A DNA stretch of 64,000 nt from Eledone cirrhosa (lineage: Eukaryota): NCBI GenBank assembly GCA_964016885.1, contig OZ024759.1, forward strand, positions 3,162,001 through 3,226,000. The letters are read 5' to 3'. Below are positions 57,862 to 64,000 of this stretch, in pieces; the stretch's first letter is position 1, and each line of letters starts with the position of its first letter. The notes under the pieces are model-generated. The model did no database searches. It was not told the origin of the DNA and worked only from the letters and a program-made list of their open reading frames with translations. Position numbers and translations under genes: made by a program.

Positions 57862-58208
57862 GTATTATTATGTCCATGAAGAAACAAGCTGATAAGAAAT
57901 TTAGCCATTTAAAGAGTTGTTTTAGCCGTATAAAGAGTCGCTTTAGCCATATAAAGAGTCGCTTTAGCCATTTAAAGAGTCGCTTTAGCCATTTAAAGAG
58001 TTGTTTTAGCTATTTAGAGAGTCGTTTTAGGTATTTAAAGAATCGTTTTAGCCATTTGAAGAGTCATTTTAGCCGTTTTAGATATCTAAAGAGTTGTTTT
58101 TTATTGTCTTTTATTTCCTATTTCAGGAGCAGTAAATTGTGTGTATTTAAAAAAAATTTACTTACGTATATATTTAATATAGTTATCAGTAAAATTCCTC
58201 TTATTTAG
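57862..58208 (+). other. Duplicated Hv1 exon-2 start: candidate alternative terminal exon with a 21-bp tandem repeat in open frame
   Basis: CTCTCATTTAG|GT ATT ATT ATG TCC ATG AAG AAA CAA GCT GAT AAG AAA, then (TTTAGCCATTTAAAGAGTCGC)n = (FSHLKSR)n. Same phase as the true exon. Confidence 0.55.
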
Positions 58209-58756
58209 GTATTATTATATCTGTGAAAAAACAAGCTGATAAGAAACTACAGCGAGAGCGCCATCTACGTGCAGCTTGTGAACAGGAATTATCCAAGTTT
58301 CGTGAATATTGTTCAGCTCAAGAAGGAGAAATTGAGCTTTTACAAGGACTCCTTCGTAAACATGGAATCACTGACGCTGACAAAGATGAACAGCCACGTC
58401 TAGTAAGCACCATAGCGGTAATTGCAGAGGTTAACCCTGTGGAACATCAAATTTTTACAAATGGTAATAATAATGAAAATAATATTCCTCAAAATGTATC
58501 TACAAATACATCGACAACAACAATTACAACAGCTGTAACAACTACTGTTATTGCTACTACTACAACAGCAACAGCAGCAACCACAATGTCAAACATTCTA
58601 ATTAGCAATATTTCTTCTGCAGATAATAGCATATCACGGTCAAGGACTACAGTACCATATACATTACCCCCAGCTACCACTACACTACCAACCCAGGCAA
58701 ACCCAACACAAACCATCGACAAATCTGCCACAACTAATTTCAGTCAAATTACATGA
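58209..58756 (+). CDS. HVCN1: Hv1 coding exon 2 (coiled coil plus Thr/Asn-rich tail); spliced CDS 348 aa
   Basis: TTATTTAG|GT completes the Gly codon and gives NG-IIISVKKQADKKLQRERHLRAACEQEL...EIELLQGLLRKHG, the Hv1 C-terminal coiled coil. AATAAA near 58916. Confidence 0.88.
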
Positions 58757-59003
58757 CAATGATGATGATAGCAGTGAAATTGTTTCCTTAATGTGATAAA
58801 ATGCCCCGACCCTTCTTAACAAGACATTTTATTTCTGAACAGAGGTTGATTCAGTTTCTATTTTCCTTGAAGAAAAAAATAGTTATTTCTAATCAACTTC
58901 TGTACAAAAATTAAAAATAAAATATTTTATAATCAAAAATGTATGAAAGTTTTTTTATATTATAGGTGAGTAAATGTTTTTCTAAATTTTTATTTATGTT
59001 TTA

Positions 59004-59893
59004 CTAGCTGAGGTACCCGGCTTTGCCGGGGAGAACAGTTAAGAGAAGACAACTTTATTGGATGTGTTGTCTGGTATAAGTTGGGACCGTAATGTGTGTG
59101 TGAGAGAGAGACATAAAAAGGAACAATCATAAAACTTCCTAATTAGGCTGGGAGAGTAAACTGCTAATTAAATGGTAGCATTGGCCTCAAACCTATGATC
59201 AAAGGCATGCCAACTATCATATTATTTACTAACTGAGGTACCCGGCTTCACCCAGGAGAATAGTTAAGAGAAGACAGGTAAAAGAGAAAACGACTGTATG
59301 GGATGTGTTGTCTGGTATAAGGTGAGACTAATGTGTGTGTGAGTGTGAGAGACAAAAAAAAATAATCATAAAACTTCCTTATTTGGCTGGGGGAGTAAAC
59401 TGCTGATTAAATGGTAGCATTGGCCTTGGATTTTAAATGGGAAATAACCATAGTCAGTATGATCTTTTTCAGCTCCAAAGGACGTCATCTGAAACAGCAA
59501 TATACTACAGAACATTGCTTCTGAAGTGTTTAGCTTCTTTAGTACGGACTGTAAGTAGTATAGGGATAAAAGCTGGAGGGGAGATTAATTTAAAATAGTT
59601 TCAATTTTTCTTTGTTCTGTAAAATCAAAGGTTGTAAAACTACTTTATAAAAGCTAACGCAATATTGTTATACCTTCCTATAGATCAAAGGATCTATAGT
59701 TTAATCTGTTTCTAGACTTTCGTGGGATGTTACTCTCTCTCTGAATATCTAACACTTTAATTGTATCTCTCTCTGTATAATGGCCTATCTGTGTCTCTCT
59801 CTCTTTAGATGTGTGTGTAGTTTTCTTGTGAAAACTACACACACATACCAGCTAACCAATCAATAAACAAGTCTCTTTTATATTATATATAGA
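59004..59893 (-). mobile_element. Non-autonomous Helitron with tandemly duplicated 3' end
   Basis: Minus 5' end TCTATATATAATATAAAAG at 59893; 3' hairpin CCCGGCAAAGCCGGG plus CTAG|T at 59004; second decayed 3' end at about 59229 (about 225-bp tandem unit). Confidence 0.72.
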
Positions 59894-60149
59894 TGAACTC
59901 TGTATATAAATGTGTGCGAAAAGAAAGAAAATGTGCAAGTTTCTGCACATGCATGCACACATCTTTCCCATGTAAATTGACTTGAAAAATTCTCAAGTTG
60001 TCTCCAATTATTTCCCTTTCTGAAACCTAAAGGTAAATTTCGATAAATTATTTTTGTGTATTGATATTATGTAGACTAGCAGAAAAACCTCCATTCGATT
60101 GGTTTTCTGCTAGCATGTGTAGTGCGCATATTGATATTATATGCAAATT

Positions 60150-60535
60150 ATCATCATTTTATGTCCGCTTTTTCCTGCTTGCAAGGGTGGGATGGATCCT
60201 ATTCAGCACAGCATCTCCCCATTCATCACAGTCCTTCATCATCTCCTCCGTGAGCTTCAGCGATCTGAGGACAGCTCTCACCACTTCTGCCCATAATTTT
60301 CGTGTCTTCCTCTACTGTGTCTTCCTTCTACTGGGATTTCTTGGCACTTCTTTACCCAACAGTCATCCTCCATGTGCATCACATGTCCATACCAACACAG
60401 TCTTCTCTCCCGCACACTACAACTTATCCCTCTTATACACAGTTTCTCTCTCAACACATCTATGCTTGGTCGTTCACGCACATTGACATTGCACATCCAA
60501 CGGAGCATGCTTGCTTCATTTCTCTCCAGCCATAG
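60150..60535 (-). mobile_element. RTE 3' fragment
   Basis: ORF 60278-60568 reads LERNEASMLRWMC...RRLCWYGHV...RGR. Confidence 0.8.
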
Positions 60536-60656
60536 ATATGATACGTCAAATAAAATCGTAATTGACAATATGCACAGAAATTGAAGAGAGACTGTGTTAC
60601 ACTCTTTTCTGTAATCAGTAAAGTAATCTATGATACATTTAAAAAAAATGGTATTA

Positions 60657-61506
60657 CGAGGTGTGTCAGAAAAGTTCCAGGACTGATGTCACAAAAGATT
60701 TATTTCAAACCCAAACTTCACACTAAGAGTTTCCTCCTTCAAAGTAATCCCCCTGGTGTATGTAACTGTAATCTTAGCTCTCAGCAGCGATCAAACTTTT
60801 TTCTTCATAATTTTATATACATGTCCTCTGTTTCAGGTCGTCAAGCAATGAGCACAGAGCAAAGAACAAACTTGAAGTTTCTGGTACGGTTGGGGAAAAC
60901 TCCGTCAGAAGCACTAGGATTGTTGCAGCAAGTGTAGATGAGACGATGTCACATTCACGTGTTTTTGAGTGGTGCAACATGACCCCAGGAGCGGAAGGCC
61001 CTCAACAGGCAGATGGTGCGTAGTGATTGTCGACTGACTGTTCGACTGATGGCAAATGAGCTGGGCATGAATCGGGACAGCATCTGGAAGATTCTCACTG
61101 AAGATTTTGACATGCGGAAAGTCTGCGCGAAGATTGTGCCAAAACTGCTGAACGATGACCAGAAGGGTCAACGCATGCATGTCTGCCAGGATATTCTGGA
61201 GCATCTTGAAACCGAACCAGACTTGCTAGGGACAGTCATCACCGGTGATGAGTCATGGATCTTCGAGTACGACCCGGAGGGGACCCATTTTGAAGACGTG
61301 GACAACATCAAAAAGGCCGTGATGACGGAACTGCGAAAGATCCCGGAAGAATCCTTCCAGGAGTGCATGCAAGCATGGCAGAAAAGGATGGAAAAGTGCA
61401 TTAGGCTCCGGGGGGATTGCTTTGAAGGAGAAAACTCTTAGTGTGAAGTTTGGGTTTGAAATAAATCTTTTGTGACATCAGTTCTGGAACTTTTCTGACC
61501 CACTCG
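60657..61506 (+). mobile_element. Mariner transposon, second internally deleted copy
   Basis: Same TIRs and TA TSD as 50120-50967; VITGDESWIFEYDPE joined directly to GTHFEDVDNIK. Confidence 0.92.
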
Positions 61507-61584
61507 TATATATAAACTGCATTACAGTGAAATGTTATAAAAACGAAAAAGGAGAAAATTAGTGACAGAAATATAAACCTTATA

Positions 61585-62222
61585 TCATCATCATCACCAT
61601 CATCACCGTTTTACTTCAATGTCTCCATGCTAACATAGGTTAGAATGGTTGTCCTGTTCTGGGCAATGCCAGGTCAGGTGACCGTGTCTTGCTCATACGG
61701 GAACTAACTTTGGCTCGGTTTCTACAGCTGGATGCCCTTTCTAACACCAACCTCATTTAGAGTGAGTACTGGGTGCTTTTTTACCATGGCGCCTACATGA
61801 CCACTTTACAGTGTGGACTGGGTGTTTTTGTCATGACATCTACATCACCACTTTACAGTGACTACTAGGTGCTATTTTGTCGTGAGACCTACATGACCAC
61901 TTTATAGTGGGGGCATATTGTCTATATACTTCAGCTTGTACCCGCAGGAACTCAGGTTTTCTGTATTACTGTGTAATGCCAGAGGTCACGGTCCTGTGTC
62001 ATCGCCTTTGAGAGGTGCAATTGGGTAAGGTCGGCTTTTATCACCTCTCCAAGGCTATCATCGAATGTTAGTGCTCTGCACCTTTTTATGCAGCTGTCAT
62101 CCTTCATACGCATCACATGTCCATACCAATGCAATCTCCTCTCCTGCACACAGCATTTGATTTCTCTTATGCTCAGTCTCTCTCAATTCGTTTATGCTTT
62201 GCCGTTCGCGTATATTACTATT
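61585..62222 (-). mobile_element. RTE 3' fragment with (GAT)n tail
   Basis: ORF 61952-62149 reads QERRLHWYGHV...; 3' UTR repeats. Confidence 0.8.
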
Positions 62223-62505
62223 ATGTTATATATATAACAATGCAAATATATGAACGTTTATATAAGCGATGTGATAAATGTTATGATATAACAGGCGCTA
62301 ACCAGAAGTGTAGACATTTGAAAATTTTAAAAGAAGTGAATCTTAAAATAAGCAATCATTATATATAATATTTATGTTTAATCAACAGCTACGAAATTTA
62401 GTACAAAAATTATTTAATATTCATTATTTATTCAAAGTAATCCAACTTATTTTACTAACGGGATAAAAAAATATAAAATGGACAGTCTCACACTTTATTA
62501 CATTA

Positions 62506-62607
62506 CTAGACCACCCATCACCCAACGGGTCATGTTCGCTTAAAATAATTTTTAAATAATTAAAATACATACAGACATGTATATAATGTAAAATGAAATT
62601 AGAAGGC

Positions 62608-62650
<43 letters not shown>

Positions 62651-63073
62651 TGTCTGTGGCCTATATACATCAGTCACAGACATATATATACACATACACA
62701 CACTTAGAAACCCTTTCTATTTAGCAGGATACAGTAATGCTGTATTCGTTTCTTTGAAGTCACCGGTTATAATTTCATTCAACACCACCAGCTCTCTCTC
62801 TCTTCCATTTTCGTTCTCTGTCTCCTCTTTCTCTCTCTGTCTCTCTTTCAATCTACTCTCTCACTACCACTATCTCTTTCTCGCTATCCTTCTTTCTCTA
62901 TGTTTATGAAGGTACCCAGAAAAACCTCATATCTTGGGGAAAATGTACTCTGATTTATGCGAAACTTGTTTTATTCCAGGGGCAACCTTTTTACAAAATA
63001 TTTTCCCATTATGTATCCTTTTGGCTGTATTACACTACAGACAAGCAATCACAGTGTTTTAGTAGTATATAGA
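62506..63073 (-). mobile_element. Complete non-autonomous Helitron of the 51712 family
   Basis: Minus 5' TCTATATACTACTAAAAC, 3' TGACCCGTTGGGTGA...GGTCTAG; inserted between A and T; no TSD. Confidence 0.85.
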
Positions 63074-63134
63074 TGATCCTGTAACTTATACACACATGCA
63101 TACAGACCAACACAGACATACAGTGGCAGATTGG

Positions 63135-64000
63135 CAGCTTGGGAGAAGACCTTGACAGACTGAAAGTTTGGGAGAAGACCTTGACTGACTGAAAGTTTGG
63201 GAGAAGACTGACTGAAAGTTTGGAAGAAGACTGACTGACTGAAAGTTTGGAAGAAGACTGACTGAAAGTTTGGGAGAAGACTGACTGAAAGTTTGGGAGA
63301 AGACTGACTGACTGAAAGTTTGGAAGAAGACTGACTGAAAGTTTGGGAGAAGACTGACTGAAAGTTTGGGAGAAGACTGACTGAAAGTTTGGGAGAAGAC
63401 TGACTGACTGAAAGTTTGGAAGAAGACTGACTGAAAGTTTGGGAGAAGACTGACTGAAAGTTTGGGAGAAGACTGACTGACTGAAAGTTTGGAAGAAGAC
63501 TGACTGAAAGTTTGGGAGAAGACTGACTGAAAGTTTGGGAGAAGACTGACTGACTGAAAGTTTGGGAGAAGACTGACTGAAAGTTTGGGAGAAGACTGAC
63601 TGACTGACAGTTTGGGAGAAGACTGACTGAAAGTTTGGGAGAAGACTGACTGAAAGTTTGGAAGAAGACTGACTGAAAGTTTGGGCCAAGACTGACTGAC
63701 TGAAAGTTTGGGCCAAGACTGACTGACTGAAAGTTTGGGAGAAGACTGACTGAAAGTTTGGAAGAAGACTGACTGAAAGTTTGGGAGAAGACTGACTGAC
63801 TGAAAGTTTGGGAGAAGACTGACTGACTGAAAGTTTGGGAGAAGACTGACTGAAAGTTTGGGAGAAGACTGACTGACTGAAAGTTTGGGAGAAGACTGAC
63901 TGAAAGTTTGGGAGAAGACTGACTGAAAGTTTGGAAGAAGACTGACTGAAAGTTTGGGAGAAGACTGACTGACTGAAAGTTTGGGAGAAGACTGACTGAA
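63135..64000. repeat. Tandem satellite, 23-bp unit AAGACTGACTGAAAGTTTGG(G/A)AG with 27-bp (+GACT) variants; continues past the window end
   Basis: Read directly; very homogeneous. Confidence 0.95.

Noticed and set aside
63030-63716. 228-aa ORF on - and CRISPR-like periodicity
   Set aside because: Translation of a tandem satellite; no unique spacers and no cas genes.

Overview
AT-rich, microsatellite-dense animal genomic DNA. The SINE families, RTE tails and (TA)n/(CA)n load look like a coleoid cephalopod, probably Octopus (inferred, not verified). Only one host gene is visible: a voltage-gated proton channel (Hv1/HVCN1-like), two coding exons on + at 56729-57227 and 58209-58756. Both exons have a partial tandem duplicate just upstream with an intact splice acceptor. 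The second duplicate gives an in-frame alternative C-terminus built from a 7-aa repeat. The region 2.9-36.5 kb is a pile-up of at least nine Penelope-like retroelements (PLEs: RT plus C-terminal GIY-YIG, mostly Naiad-like), mostly bounded by (TA)n tracts. Several are fold-back (inverted 3' end at the 5' junction), and there are tiny ORF-less fold-back derivatives. I read about 19 type-I hammerhead ribozyme (HHR) motifs, intact or degenerate, in these 3' ends. One element appears to be split by about 17 kb of nested insertions. Also present: RTE and RTE-X-like LINEs, tRNA-derived SINEs, MITEs, two deleted mariners flanking Hv1, a decayed Helitron plus non-autonomous copies, an R2-like endonuclease fragment near a 28S rRNA fragment, and a 23/27-bp satellite running off the right end. 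All structures were read by eye, with no alignments or searches run.
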